Below, one piece after another: positions 34,285-47,413 of a stretch of DNA of 64,000 nucleotides (positions are counted from its first letter, which is position 1; each line of letters begins with the position of its first letter). The DNA comes from Lama glama (taxonomy: Eukaryota). The stretch is from the NCBI GenBank assembly GCA_028534125.1, contig CM052839.1, positions 8,556,001 through 8,620,000 on the forward strand, in the 5' to 3' direction. Below the pieces are notes generated by a model that saw only the letters and a program-made list of their open reading frames with translations, did no database searches and had not been told where the DNA came from. The position numbers and the translations under genes were made by a program.

Positions 34285-36279
34285 TGTGGGCATGTAGAGG
34301 TGGGAGCGCTCAGCAGAGCGTTTTCCTGAAGGACATCTCTCTTCTCTGAAATCACTGCCAAGAGCACCTGCTGAGGGTCAGAAAGGAGGTGGACGTGGGC
34401 TCAGGGGCTTAAGAGAACTGCAGAAGTCTGGGGCAGCCGCTGGGGCAGGGGTAGCCGAGAGGACAGTTGGTGGGTTCCCAGGACCCAGTCAGCCAACAGA
34501 CGATGGCTGCACGTGTGCCGCGGGGTTACCTGTCCGAGGACACTCAATGCCTGTTCTTAGATGCTTTTCTAACTTCTCATCAAGAAGGCTGTGAGAGAGA
34601 ACATGAAAATTGTTACTAATTCCTCATCCACGCACCCCAACAGTCTTATTCCAGCCGGGGGTTCGGCGGGTTGGTTCATACTGGTTTAATTTCCCTACAC
34701 AGGACCACGAGGGGTTAGTCAGTGGACAGCAGGGCAGCCTTCACGCAACTGTGGAGAAGTTAATCTGCTCTCAGACAAAAGATGATTCCTAATCCACACA
34801 CAGGTCATTCCTGTCCGTCTGGAGTCTGTGAATCCTGCGAGGTTTAGCAGCTAGAGTGGACGTGTGTTCCTCTTACCTCTCTCCCTCCTCCAGTTTTGTT
34901 TTTGTTTTAGCAAAAACCAGGTTCTGTAAGAGTGACAGAGAGGTCTGTGAGCTCAGAAAACTCAGTCTTCCCAGTGGGGGTGTGAGTGGCTCTTTCATTT
35001 CAGGGTGAGACCTGAGGCCGTGGCCTGTTTACAGCCCAGCAACCAACTCTCTGGCAGCAGAACGGTTTCTGGTACCCAGCGTGTGCAGCCCTGGCGTTCT
35101 TGGACAGAGCGTCCTGATCCTGGAACCTGTTTGTTATCCCTGTTGCTGCTGGAATTCAACTTTCTACTTTCCTCCTGTGAATGATCTCAGCTGATGCCAC
35201 ATATTTCCTGGAATCCGTGGTGCACCCCCCTTATTAAAAAGGTGATCAATTATGAATAAGCTTTTGGAAAGTAAGACAGACCCTGTTAGCACTCAAGACA
35301 ATTCTCAGTGAAAACATTTCCCCATTTTCCAGAAAACTGAGAAGAAGGTGGTAAAAGAGCCAGCTCCTAGGAGGAAATAGTTTGTTGTGTTTTATTTCTT
35401 AAATAAATCCTCTTGGCTTTGTCTTCCCTGGTATAGCTCTAGAACCGTCTCCTGATGGAGATTTGTCCTATGCTTTCTTTTTTTTAGTACCTCATTTTTC
35501 TTTAGAATAATTTGTAGTATTGACTCAATTCTTAGAACTCGCTGAAAAAGTTTTCGCTACTTCGTGGAGGAATGGTCAGTTTGATCCACTATGCTGTGAA
35601 AACTATTTTTCCTTTTCCAAATAAATTCTTTATTTAAAAGATAGATTTTTCTCTCTGGGGGAAAAAAGAGAGTATCTCCATTCAGATTGCTGTTTTAGAT
35701 TCTGCAGCCATAGCTAATAAACTTTGATTTAGTGTAAAAAAAATGCAAAGAGCCATGATAGCTGTCACAGGAGGTGAAAAGAAGTGTCTGATGCTGTTAT
35801 TTCTATCAAGAAACCTTAGTGCAGCAAGGGATTTGGGGTTAGATTGAGGGCTCCTACCTGAAAAGGAACGTGTAATCAGCCATACGTGCTGAGCTCCTGC
35901 TGTGTGCCTCATGGTGTAGTTGACAGCGGGGGTGTTGGAGAGAATTATCAGTCAGGGTCTGAAGCTTCCAAAAGGAAGCATTACGGTCAGGGAGGGAGGA
36001 CTAGTACACACATTAAAAAAAGCAGCGCATGATGCAGGACTGTATGATTAAGCACGAAATCGCATTGGTACCTTAAGTTAAAACAAGGTTGCTGTGGCTA
36101 GGCAGCCAAGATCATGGATTAGAGCGAAGACCTTACGCGGAGTGAAAGGTGAGTGCATAGGTACCCACGTTATCTGGGTCCGTGATTCTCAATTTTTGCT
36201 GCATACTAGCATCTCCTGGGGAGCTTTTAGAATCCTGGTGTCCAGGCTGCACCCAATACCAACAAGAGGTTTTTCCTTC

Positions 36280-37070
36280 TGACACCAAATAGGCGGAGTT
36301 CTCAAATTCTCTAACCCGACACCCAGTGGCTGTCCTCCACAGTTCACTTCTAACACTCATGAACATCAGACCCCACGGGTTTAAGGGATCAGTCCCACAA
36401 GACTCCTCACTTAAGACGCTAATTACAAGTATCAGGTCCCCAGGTGACCAGCACTTCTGTCCAGCTTGACTTCCAGTTTGGGGGTCCCTGTAACGCCTAC
36501 CCACTCACGTTTGATGATTTGCTGGAAGAACGCACCGAACTCAGGAAGATGCTGTTGCTATTAGAGTTTATTGTCAGGATGCAGGTGGAGAGCCAGGTGA
36601 AGTGGTTCACAGGGTGAGGTTTGGCGGGGTCCCGAGCACAGGAGCCTCTGTCCCCATGGAGTCGGAGTTGGCGGTACATCTCCCTCCCGGCGTGTGGCTG
36701 TATCTGCCAGTCTGGAATCTCTCCGAGCCCCGCTGTTCAGGGGTTTTTATGGAGGCTCCGTTATGTAAGCTTGATTGACGAAATCACTGGTGATTCAGCT
36801 TAATCTCCCACCCCGCCTCCCACTTCCTAGAGTAGGACTGAAAGTTCCAGTCCTCTAATCACAAGGTTCCTGCTGGCGACCAGCCCCCATCCTGAAGCTG
36901 TCCAGGGGCCACCCAGAGTCACCGCTTTCGCAGAAACTCACGTGTGGTTGAAAGAAGCTTGTTACGAATAACAGAAGACACTCCTATCACTAAGGAAATC
37001 CCAAGGGTTTTAGGAACTCTGTGCCAGAGACCGGGGACAGAAACCAAATGTATTCTTTATTATACTACAG
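36280..37070. mobile_element. MER21-like LTR nested inside a MER5A-like element
   Basis: tctgacacca...cccacaagact...gaactcaggaa...ttattatactaca. MER5A halves flank it at about 36183-36260 and 37071-37170. Confidence 0.7.
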
Positions 37071-38654
37071 CTAATTCAGTCAGGATTTATGGAGTAGGCA
37101 CCAGGCATCTTTATTTTTAAAGCTCCCCCAGGTGACTCCAGCATGTGCAGCCAAGTTTGAGCAGCATTGTTCTCAGGCAGTGGTTTTAAATGCTGAGTGT
37201 CAAAGACAAAAAAGCCTTAGCCCTGCTTCCAGTCCAATAAAATCAGCCTCTGAGCATGAGGCCGGGGGACGGCGTACCTTCAAAGAGCCCCGGGTGCTTC
37301 TGCTGTGCACCCCGGCCTGGGAAGCCCGTCTAAGGCAGTGGTGACACTGGATGTGGCTCCAGAGAGACTGGGAGATAGGGAACCAGATCCCTAGGGAGAG
37401 GACCACCTAGAGTTGTGGGTCATAGTCAAGTGGTCAGTAAATCCAGGAGGGTCATTACTGTTGCCAACAAGAGGGGCCCAGGACAAGGACTGGGCAAACC
37501 CCAAGGGGAGGAAAGGGGCTGGCGTGGGAGTTAGAGGTCTAAGGCAGAGAGGCGGGTAGTAGGTTATCATGAGATTCACAGGGGAGAGGTGGGCGACGTG
37601 CTTGAGAAGCCATGGAGGGACGTGGACGGTGAGGAGGAAGAGACGCCACTGCTCTTGGAATGACTGTGTCTCAAGGTGGTTGACAAGGGACCTGTTTCAT
37701 GACAGTATGTTGAGGTAGAAGCCAGGTTTGGCTCCTTACCTGAAGAGGCCACTGATGCCCCAGGGGTGGACCCGGGGTGCCAGGAAGTCAGTGAAAGGTC
37801 AGTGAAAGGAAGGTGCCGATGGGACAGGGGAGAACTCAAATGAAGGGTCCTGAGGTTTCGTTTATCATGAGATTCAGACAGAAGGCGAGGAACCCAGACG
37901 GGTGAGCGTCTAAAGGCAGCAGGCGAGGTGCCTGGAGAGAGAGAAAGGAGGAGAAGGAAGATGGAGTTAGAGGCTGTGCCCCACCCAGCCTTGCCACAGG
38001 TCTGTGTGGAGGTCTCCGGTCCTTCCTCAGGCTGTGGGCCTGGGCAGCTGCAGAATCCAGGCATCAGGAGCTGTGTGCTGTGACGGCGAGGCCCGAACAC
38101 GACTGAACAGATTTGCGCCTCGCTGGTTGTCACGGCCGACCCTGGTTAGAGCTGTGACGCGCTGGGCGCGAACTGTAGTTCGGATCGAGCACTTCAGAAG
38201 TACCAATAGCATGTCTGCTGCGTAAACCCGGCTTCAAGCAGGCCACCTCACCTGAACTGTGGCTGCAGGACCAGAGCCTGCCCTTGAACCCTGTTACCCG
38301 TGCACAGAGGGGCAAGTACGGCCATCGATGTAGGAACATGGCATTTTGGCATCGCCACAACATCAAATGCTCTACTAGTGGGCTTGCATTTTGTGGATTT
38401 AAAAAAAACGTCATCTTACTTGTAATTCATTTTCTATTGTATTTGTAAAAGCATCGGTCTGTGACACACTGGAAATTAGAACATTTTTAAAAATCCTACA
38501 CCACAGGGAGTGTGAGAGGCAGAGTCCTGGCCCCTCGCCTCCAACCCCACTGATGCTGTCACGTCTCTTCTGTGGAAATGCTGTAGCTGCCACTTCATCT
38601 CTAGGAATCTGTGCTGGATTTTCATCACTTCTTGGGTGTTGGCATTTGCTTCCA

Positions 38655-38730
38655 TGGATGGATGGATGGATGGATGGAAAAGATAGGAGGAAGGAGGGAT
38701 AGGAGGAAGAGAGGGAGGAAAGGAAGGAAG
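38655..38730. repeat. (GGAT)n plus purine-rich simple repeat
   Basis: ggatggatggatggatggatgga followed by an aagg-rich tract. Confidence 0.85.
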
Positions 38731-39940
38731 CACGTCCTTGCAGTCCCTGCAGGCTCCTGCTGTCGGGGTGAACACAGGCACGGCCCTCTGTCCATGCGGG
38801 CAGCCCGGTCCCCACAGCCGCCCCCAGCCCTGCCTTCACGCAGGTGCTCTTGTCCTTGGGTGCTTTGTATTCATCTATTTCATTTCATTCAGCAAGTACT
38901 CCCTGGAGAGATGTGGTGCTGGGCTAGTTTGAAACACTGGAACTTGGTGGTGGTTCCCATAGGACTGAGGCTTGTGTTTTTGGGCCTGGGGAGTGCCGTG
39001 GCCAAGGCAGATGAGAACAGTAAAGAAGACAGTGGAGAGACAAAGGTTGCCTTTCGAAACCCACACATCAGGTCCGTGGGATTACAGTTCGATGTTCAGG
39101 AAGCCCCCTTCTGGGTGCTCGAATGTGAGGAACTTCCAGGTCTCCAGGAGCAGGTCCCCAGCCCAGGCCAGGCACAGCTGTACTCCCGAGATCACAGCTC
39201 CGCACCTCCCCGGCCTCCTGGCCACCCTGACCTTTGGACGGTGCTCACGGGTTTATTCACAGAAACAGCAGAGGGGTTTGCGCTGCCATTTTCTCTATCT
39301 CCAGGGAACAGATCCATGGAGCCCTGGTCAGTCTGCCCATGAACAGAGAGCTTCTCACTGTGCCATGTGGGGTGAGTTCCATTCCCCACGGTCCCTCCTC
39401 CCTGAGCTTACACCTCTGGCCCAGTTCAGCTCCCATTCCTTCCCGGAACTCGTGCACAGCCTGCTGTCTGCTCTGCTTTGTGTGGGCTAGACTGGACACT
39501 TCCTGAGGGCAGGGGTTGTGTCTGCCCTGTCATTCGGGTATTCCTGGACCTCTGTCCGGTGTCTGACGCATAGTGGGTGTCCAGCACTGTTTGTCCTCTT
39601 GTCATTTTCTCTTCCTAAAGCAAATGTCTGATCATGCCCGAAGCTCTCCACCTCGTCCACACCTGAGTCGGCGGGTCAGCTGCTCTCAGGTGGCTTCTGC
39701 CGGCTTCTGTCGAGTCAGGTTTGCATGCAGAGAGCTCTCTGAACAAATGTGTATTTTGACAAAGACTGTCAAAATGCTGCAGGAAAGTGGAGCTCTGAGA
39801 TAACACCTCATTGCCCCCGTGAAGCATGCATCGGTTACGGTGGTCAGCGGCATAGAGGAGAGAGCCTGGGTGTTAGGTGATGCGAGGAAGTGTGCCATTT
39901 CAGGGCTAACCTCCACTCTGCTTGATTTAAAATAATTTGT

Positions 39941-40040
39941 GGGTGGGGAGTGGGTATAGCTCAGTGGTAGAGCACGTGCTTAGCATGCATGAGGTCTTGG
40001 GTTCAACTCCCAGGACCTCCATTAAAAAATAAATAAAATG
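39941..40040 (+). mobile_element. tRNA-derived SINE (camelid Vic-1-like)
   Basis: gggtatagctcagtggtagagc A-box, gggttcaactccc B-box, A-rich tail; TSD aaataatttg at 39930-39939 and 40041-40050. Confidence 0.9.
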
Positions 40041-40083
40041 AAATAATTTGCAGAGTTTGGTGCTGTGATTAGTTACAGATCAC

Positions 40084-40236
40084 CTTTTTTTTAAATTTTG
40101 GGGTTTTTTGTTTGCAAAGGGAGGTAATTAGGTTGGTTGGTTTGGTTTTGAATGGAGGTACTAGGGATCAAATCCAGGACCTTGTGCATGATGCTAAGCA
40201 TGGACTCTACCACTGAGCTATATACCCTTCCCCGCG
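40084..40236 (-). mobile_element. tRNA-derived SINE (Vic-1-like), reverse orientation
   Basis: Reverse complement of the same consensus; TSD gttacagatcac at 40072-40083 and 40237-40248. Confidence 0.9.
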
Positions 40237-40248
40237 GTTACAGATCAC

Positions 40249-40655
40249 TTTTTTTTTTTTAATGAAAGTATTGTCAGTTTACAGTGGGTTAATTTCTGGT
40301 GCACAGCATAATGTTTGTCATACATATACACATATATATTCCTTTTCATATTCATTATGATTATAGGTTACTGCAAGATATTGGATATAGTTCCCTGTGC
40401 TATAAGGAAGAAATTTGTTTATCTGTTTTATATATGGTAGTTAGTGTTCGCAAATCTTGAATTCCCAATTTATTCCTTCCCACCCCTTCCCCTCCGGGGA
40501 CCATAAGTTTGTTTACTATGTCTGTGAGTCTGTTTCTATTTTATAGGTAAGTTCATATGTGTCGTCGTCTTTTTTTTCTTATCTCCAGAATCCACATATG
40601 AGTGATATCATATGGTATTTTTCTATTTCTTTCTGGCTTGCTTCACTTAGAATGG
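40249..40655 (-). mobile_element. 5'-truncated L1 3' end
   Basis: Poly-T then L1 3' UTR motifs (ttccctgtgctata, tccacatatgagtgatatcata, ttcacttagaatg). Confidence 0.8.
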
Positions 40656-43369
40656 CAGCAAGTCACTTTTATTTTAAGTGTTTTATTTTTGACTAATTTT
40701 CACTTTATAGAGTAGTTGTAAAAATAATACAATTTCCTTATATGCCTCACTCCATTTTCTCTAATATAACATCTTACCACTTTTTTCCTTAGACTGTATT
40801 TGTGCGATTTTTAACTCAGTCCTTAACTGAGGACTGAATCCTCTGTTATTACTGTTTGAACTTATTTAATGTTTTCTTGAATAAGACAAAGATGTTTTGC
40901 CTTTAGACTCTTGGGTTACATATACTTGTGTTCTTTTATAGATCATCCACGCCACTCTTAACACAGTGGCCGCCAGCATTTTTAAATCATGCATCATATT
41001 ACTAACAATTACGAGCATCTCTCTAAAATTTTTTTAATACTCACATTTATAAAATTATATATTCTTCTGTTCCCCATATGGCTCCAAAATATTAGAAATT
41101 AGAAAAAGTTGAGATTAAAAAAATAAATGCAGCATATTAATAGAAGTTTTAATGTTTCCTTTCTACATTCTGATGAATCTTGTTCACCCCCAATTTGTAG
41201 ATTATTGGCTTAAGTTACTGTCCTGGCTTAAATGTCTCCCTCCTTCCCTGACAGAAATTGGACCCAGCGAGGAAGCGATGCTGTTGTGTATATTGTTTTA
41301 ACGTTGATTATCTGGGACTGTGTAACGAAGGAATTTTCTTATGTGTGATTTGGAAATGGCTGAACTGTTTAACTTGAACAAGCTAAACCGAGTTCACTTG
41401 AGAACTTTGTGATTAATAAGGTAGAACTATTTTTCTTAAAGCAAAGCTACAGATTAAGCTTTTCTTAGGGTTAAGAGAACATTCATCTTACACCCAGGGA
41501 TTTCAGTGCCTTTATCCTGGAACAAATGCTTTTTTCAGCTCTAGACACAGTATGAAAAATAAGACTCTTTGCAAGGTGCTTGGGAAAGTTCTAAGTAGCT
41601 CCCAAGTGGGGAGGCCTTTGTTCTGGAGGAAGAGGCCTAACTTCAGGGGTTAATCGGAGAGACATTGGGACCATCATTCACTGCTGGTGTGGGTCAGTGA
41701 GAAGAGTTCACATCTGGGTGTTACTGACCACCAAGCCCTTTCTTGTGGTCCTTTCAGAAGTGATATATTGTTAAGCATCCCAAGAGCAAAACCTCTAGTG
41801 TGGATTTATTGGGGGGAAATGCTCCTTGTCCATATGATAAAGTTATATATTTATTTTCTTTGAAATTCAGGTAGGTAACAATTAAAGGCTTTGTGGTCAA
41901 TATTTGAAGAAATAACACCAGCAAGTAATGCTAGCTTAAAAGTGTTTAAGTTTGCACATAACACAGTGCCTGGCATATTATTTGCTGGCTGCCTGGTTGA
42001 GTGAATGAGCTTAGATTTTTACAAGGTTGAGTGGTATAGTATTGTAATACTGAGTTGGGCAAGCATGTGAACATCACACAGCTTTTGCTTTGTAAGTGTT
42101 TATTAAACTGTGCATACGAGTCAATTGCTTTTCTCTTCATGTGTTGCATTTCATGATAAAAATGTTTTTAAATGTTTGAGGGAAAAAATGTAATGAAGTA
42201 AATACCCTACATGGACTTTGTTTCCTTTAGAGGTTTCTGGTAATATGCTTAAATTTCCCTTGTCAAGTTGAAGCATAAACATTAAAGTGTTTGCTTGTCA
42301 ACACAAGGAATTTGGTAATTAATTTATATTTAGAAAACCCTTTCCAATTTCAAACGTTTTAGGGAACAAGGTTTCCAAGTGTATCTTGCTAACAGCCAGG
42401 AACAGCTGCATTTATGCATAGTTTTCAAACGGTTTCTCTGTGACATCTGTAAAAATAGACAACCTCAGTAACTAAGCGTGCCGTGATTGCAGGGCACGTA
42501 ACAGCATTTTATGATGCGTGGGAACCAGAGCCCCCCTGTCGCTGGACAGCGTGCCGATTTGTGCAGAAATCCTTTCTTGACTCACACCTGAATTCTAATT
42601 TGACATTTGTTAAATCAACGGTAAGGGTGGAAACTTCCATTTTAGCAAGAAGTGTAAAATATGTGACTTGATTTTTGTTTCCACATGCTTCAGCTAGACA
42701 GTAAAGCTGATTTCTTATCAGTAGACCTGATAGTTAACAAATCGGTAATAAACAGCGATGGCTTAGCTGGCAGTGTTGTTGTGACCATTAGTAGTCAGAA
42801 ATAAAAGAGAAGTTCAGAGCCTGTGCCGTCCGTGCAAGCGTGGACCAGAATCGGAGGTGTTTGGGTGGGATGGGGGGCGGGGAGCAACACCTGCACACCA
42901 ACCGCTTGGGTCTGTTCTCTTGCCAAAGGGTTTTTGGATTTCTTTCACTCCAGTTCCGTTTCTCCCTCCCCCTGCCCCAATCCTTTTCGTGTTTACGATT
43001 CACAGGAAAAGACAAGATCAGCCCTTTAAAAGTCAGCTAGTTAATTAGGAGTGATCACGGAACAGTTTCTCAGATGTTCTGATTAAATGTGGCAAAGGAG
43101 ATTTTCTTTGACTCTTACGCAGACTTTCTTAGTTTTTGCTAATAAAAAGCATTCACTGGAGAGAAACCACGGACCTGAGTCCCTCCCCTCGCCCCAGTAC
43201 TTCCAATTAGGGAATCTATTATCTCATTCTAGATAATTGGAAAAGGATATTCAAAATACTGCTTCGGGTAAATACGGCTTTTGCCTGCATTCTATTACGA
43301 GGAGTTTTGAACACATCTGGAGGGGAGGCGGCCCCAGGGACATTGAAGTGCGCTGTTTGGGTTGGCACG

Positions 43370-43517
43370 NNNNNNNNNNNNNNNNNNNNNNNNNNNNNNN
43401 NNNNNNNNNNNNNNNNNNNNNNNNNNNNNNNNNNNNNNNNNNNNNNNNNNNNNNNNNNNNNNNNNNNNNNNNNNNNNNNNNNNNNNNNNNNNNNNNNNNN
43501 NNNNNNNNNNNNNNNNN
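43370..43517. other. Assembly gap, 148 N
   Basis: Run of N. Confidence 0.99.
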
Positions 43518-43789
43518 TAAAGGGAAATCTGTGGTTCATGCTTGCGCTCTTGTTTGGGTCTGAAGTCAGGCTCCTAAGAAGTAACTGAATGTCCTGGATT
43601 CAGTGCGTTTTCTGGAAAAGACGTAGTTGCCGGCTCCTCCTTACCTCTTTCGCACCGTGCACTTGTCTCTGTGGCTGTCTCGGCGGTTTTAGACCCCAGG
43701 GTGGTTGTCTGGCCTCCACCCCTTCCAGCACCAGCTGGGGAGCCACGGGGAACACACAGCCGAAAGGACTCCTTTCTCCCTCTTCTTAG

Positions 43790-43936
43790 TCACTGCTTCT
43801 CCAGCTCTAAGTGGGCATAAGTATCACCTGTGGGGTTTGAGTCATTAGTTGTGAGGTGGGGCCTGAGATTCTGCATGTCTAACAAGCTCCCAGGGGACGC
43901 CCTGGCTGCTGGCCCGAGGACCACACTTGGAGTGGC
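43790..43936. mobile_element. MER5A-like DNA transposon
   Basis: ggggcctgagattctgcatgtctaacaagctcccagg...gaccacactt. Confidence 0.7.
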
Positions 43937-45536
43937 ATGTTCTGAGCGGGCGTGGGGTGTGTACTGGGGGTGGGGCACCTGGACTTGACTCTGGTTTCTG
44001 ATCTGTGGCTTGGCCCTGCGTGCCTCCAGGTAGGTGTGACTCTTTTCTTCGTGGTGTGTTTCTCAGAGTCCCTGATTCTCGTGGACCTTCCTCGGGCCCC
44101 GCCGTGGACTGTTCTGGGAGCTAGGACACACTTCCAGTTGTCTCATCACAGGGGTTAAGGGTTTCTGTTGTTTTGTCACGTTTCTCCCTGAACTCCAGAC
44201 ACATTGTCTACCTTGTTTTCTCCGGCCCGTCTTTCTGCAGCCATGTTATGAAGAAGAGGAAAAAGTTAACCTCATGTTCTTTAGTCTCTATTCTTAAACA
44301 TGCAGGCCAGAGCCCTGGTGAGTGAAGGGAGGTATGAGTGAATAAGTGTGGCTTTGTGGGTTTTAACCAAGTGTCATTACTTTCAGGGTTTGGCCCCTCA
44401 GCTTGGAGGTCCAAGACTTTGATGGTCAGCTTTCAAGGGTGGTCTGATTGGGACATGGTTAAAATCCATACCAGGTGAAATCTCCTGAAAGGCTGTTTCA
44501 TAAGCCAGAGTGGTTCTATATCCACACGAGAGGCTGTTCCAGAAAGACTACAGTATTTACGTCTCCTGGATGGACTGTTCCCTCCTTGGTACGGAGCTCT
44601 CTTTTATAGTGTGACCTGTGAAGTAGATAAGGACTGTGACATCCTGGGAGTGGCCGCCACTTCTATACCCTCCTGCTAGCCCTACCGCAGATGGAGTCCG
44701 GAGCGCCGTTTCCTCCGCTCTGTATGGTGTCCACGAGAAATTTCTCACTCTTTTTTAACCTTAAAGCTCTCCCTCTTTCAGTCCGCCCTTTGTTTCTATC
44801 TCAATAACTCTCTTTGTAGAACACAGCTCTGATCCTGTCCCTTGCCTGCTGAGACCATTAGGTGGTCCTTTATCGCCTAAGCCGTGTTTCTAAGACCTCC
44901 ATACATTTCGTCATATTCACCTGTAGTGTTTTTCACTTCAGGGTCTTCTTTGGACTTACCTTTTAAATTAAGTTTTTATTTTTATCAAAATAATACATTT
45001 TGATTAAAAAATCAGACAGAATGAGAAGACTTAGAAGAAGCAGGAGTTTTCCGCATCAGCCCTCCTCGCCCCAGTCCTGCGCCCCAGGACAAGTGCTTCT
45101 AACTCTCTTAGCGGTTTGTGTGTCGCTATCTCTGGTGCAGTGTCTGTATTTCAGAGTAACGCGCTCCTCTTTCTTAATGTTTTCAATCTTAGGCCCTGTG
45201 GACTTCCTCCTAAGGAAGCTATTAATCTAACCCACAGCAATCCTGTGCGCACGCTCCCCTGCTCCCCCACTGCACACGCATTTTAGTAAAGTCAGCATTT
45301 ATGGGATCATGACCACGTCAGTGTTGTTCATGGTCGAGCCACAGTGTGTGCTCGAATTAGATTTTATTTCGTTACACTCTTTTCCTCCAAAGTCAGCAAT
45401 AGGCTCTTTCTTATTTGTCAATTTGCTGAGTTATCCATATTGACACTTTCTCACCTCCCCCTCCCCCCTGCCCCCGCCCCATACCTCTAACAGAACTGTG
45501 AAATTCCTTTTAATACAGGCAAACTCTGTCAGTAGC

Positions 45537-45866
45537 TTTCTGAGTCTGTTCCAGCTGCTGTAACAAAACAGCACAGACGGGGAGGCTTACAAACAACAGA
45601 AATGTGCTTCTCAGCGTTTGGAGGCTGGAAGTCTGGGGTCAGGGTACCAGCCGCGGATTGCAGGCTTCTTGTCGTGTGCTCCTGTGCGGAAGGGCCTGGG
45701 GAGCTCTGTGGGGTCTGTTTTATGAGGCACTGATCCCTGCGTGTGAGGATCCACCCTCCCCGCTTGAACGTCTCCCGAAGGCCCTACCTCCTAACACCAT
45801 CCCCTTGGGGGTTAGGATTTCAGCCTGTGAATGGTGGGGGGGACACGGCCGTTCAGACCTGAGCAG
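45537..45866 (-). mobile_element. MLT1-type MaLR LTR
   Basis: gctgctgtaacaaaa...aaacaacagaaat...ggaggctggaagtct...ggggttaggatttca. Confidence 0.75.
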
Positions 45867-47373
45867 TGGCCTGCCTGTTGTGTCCTTGGATCCGAGTCCT
45901 GCATCTCCCTGCTCTACGTGGCTGGCTGCGCTCAGGAACTCGGTGCCCTTCTCTCTCTTTGACGTGTGTTCCGTGTTCCCTCCCTGCCCGCCGCTTTCTG
46001 TCGGAGCTCTTTCTCCAGGAACTTCCAAGAAAGGGTACACAAGGGGTTAAAAAAAATTAAGACCTTCTACATTTGAAAATCACTTTATTCTCCCTTCACG
46101 TCTGACTGAAAGAATGACTTCATCCTCCGTTGGAGTTTGTTCTCACAGAATTTTGAAGGCCTCCCTCCCGCAGCTTCCAGCCTTCAGCGTTGCTGTGGAA
46201 AGATCTGCCTGAGTTCCACTGTCTGTGGACTATTATTTCCTTCTCCCATCTGTCTGAAAGCTTTTAGAATCTTTTTGTCTACAGTGTTCCGAATTTTTTT
46301 CCCCAGTCGTTACTCTGAGCACTTGGTGCTGACTTTTCATCTGGGAACTTGTCCTTCAATTCTGGGAACCTTCCTTGTATTGTTTCGTCGTTTTTTCCTC
46401 CACATGAGTTTTCTTCTCTCTGTCTGTTGTTTCTCTTGTTGGTATGGGCCTCCAGAATTAATCCTCCATTGAATTAAAATGTTTTCTCTCTTATTTTTCA
46501 TTGCCTTATCTTCCTGCTTGATTACTTAAGTGATGTCCTCAGCCCTGTATTCCTTCCAACTTTACCCCTCTCTCGCTCTCTCACTGCCCTATCGTTTTTA
46601 AAAGTTTTCTTACCTTTTCGTTTTGAAATAATTACCAGTTCACAGGAAGTTGTAATAACAGGACAGAGGTCCCATGTCCCCTTCACCCAGTTTCTCTCAA
46701 CAGTTACAGCTTATGTGATGATGGGGCAATCACCAGTGTAAATTCGTGTAACCATTATCACAACCAAGAATCAAAACTATTATTGCTGTTCTAATTTCTG
46801 ACAATCCTTTCTTGTTATCTGAAAGTTCCGGTTTTACCTTGTTTGCTACCGTTTTGTGGGTGTACTGTCTTATCTCTCTAGGGTGTGTGCGTGTGTGTGT
46901 TTCTTTTGCTCCAAAAAAGACTTGTTTTAGAATCTTTTTTTCAAATGTCACTTCATTCTAAATGCTCATATTTAAAAGTGAGGCACCCAGAGTTGATCGG
47001 AAAGACTTTTTGTTGTCTGAAGTTTCACTGGTGGGCCTCACGCTAGAGCTGCGGCAGAGGGACCCAACCATTTCATTATCATCAAATAGCAGAGTATTTC
47101 CATCTTTTCTCTTGGGCTGGCCTGTTTCTAGAAAATGACCCTCCAGGCTCCTCTTAGGGGGCATCTGCAGCCAGAGCTCTGGATGCTGCCTGGAAAGAGA
47201 TTCAGGGAGGAGGGGGGTGAGCTGCGGCTCACATCTTAATAGGCACACTTTTATTTAGTACTCTCTTTACTGCACCACACCTACTTCCTCAGCAATGCCC
47301 TGTGTCCTGGGCACAGAGCTCTCCAAATGGGACTCCAACCTCCCTGGAGAAGGTGAGGGCTTCTCCACAGCCT

Positions 47374-47413
47374 GCTGGATGCAGAGGGAGCCCGCTGGAT
47401 GCAGAGGGAGCCC
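47374..47413. repeat. 20-bp perfect tandem duplication
   Basis: gctggatgcagagggagccc twice, followed by a degenerate third unit. Confidence 0.9.

Noticed and set aside
33603-34367. ORFs of 172-254 aa
   Set aside because: Artefacts of translating through the N gap; the same applies at 43219-43588.
38611-39490. 243-aa and 172-aa ORFs
   Set aside because: The longer one runs through simple repeats, both start at non-ATG codons, and neither resembles a known protein.
39941-40040. tRNA genes at the SINE loci (also 40084, 50283, 63717)
   Set aside because: They have A-rich tails, TSDs (seen for three of the four copies) and a shared diverged body, so they are tRNA-derived SINEs.
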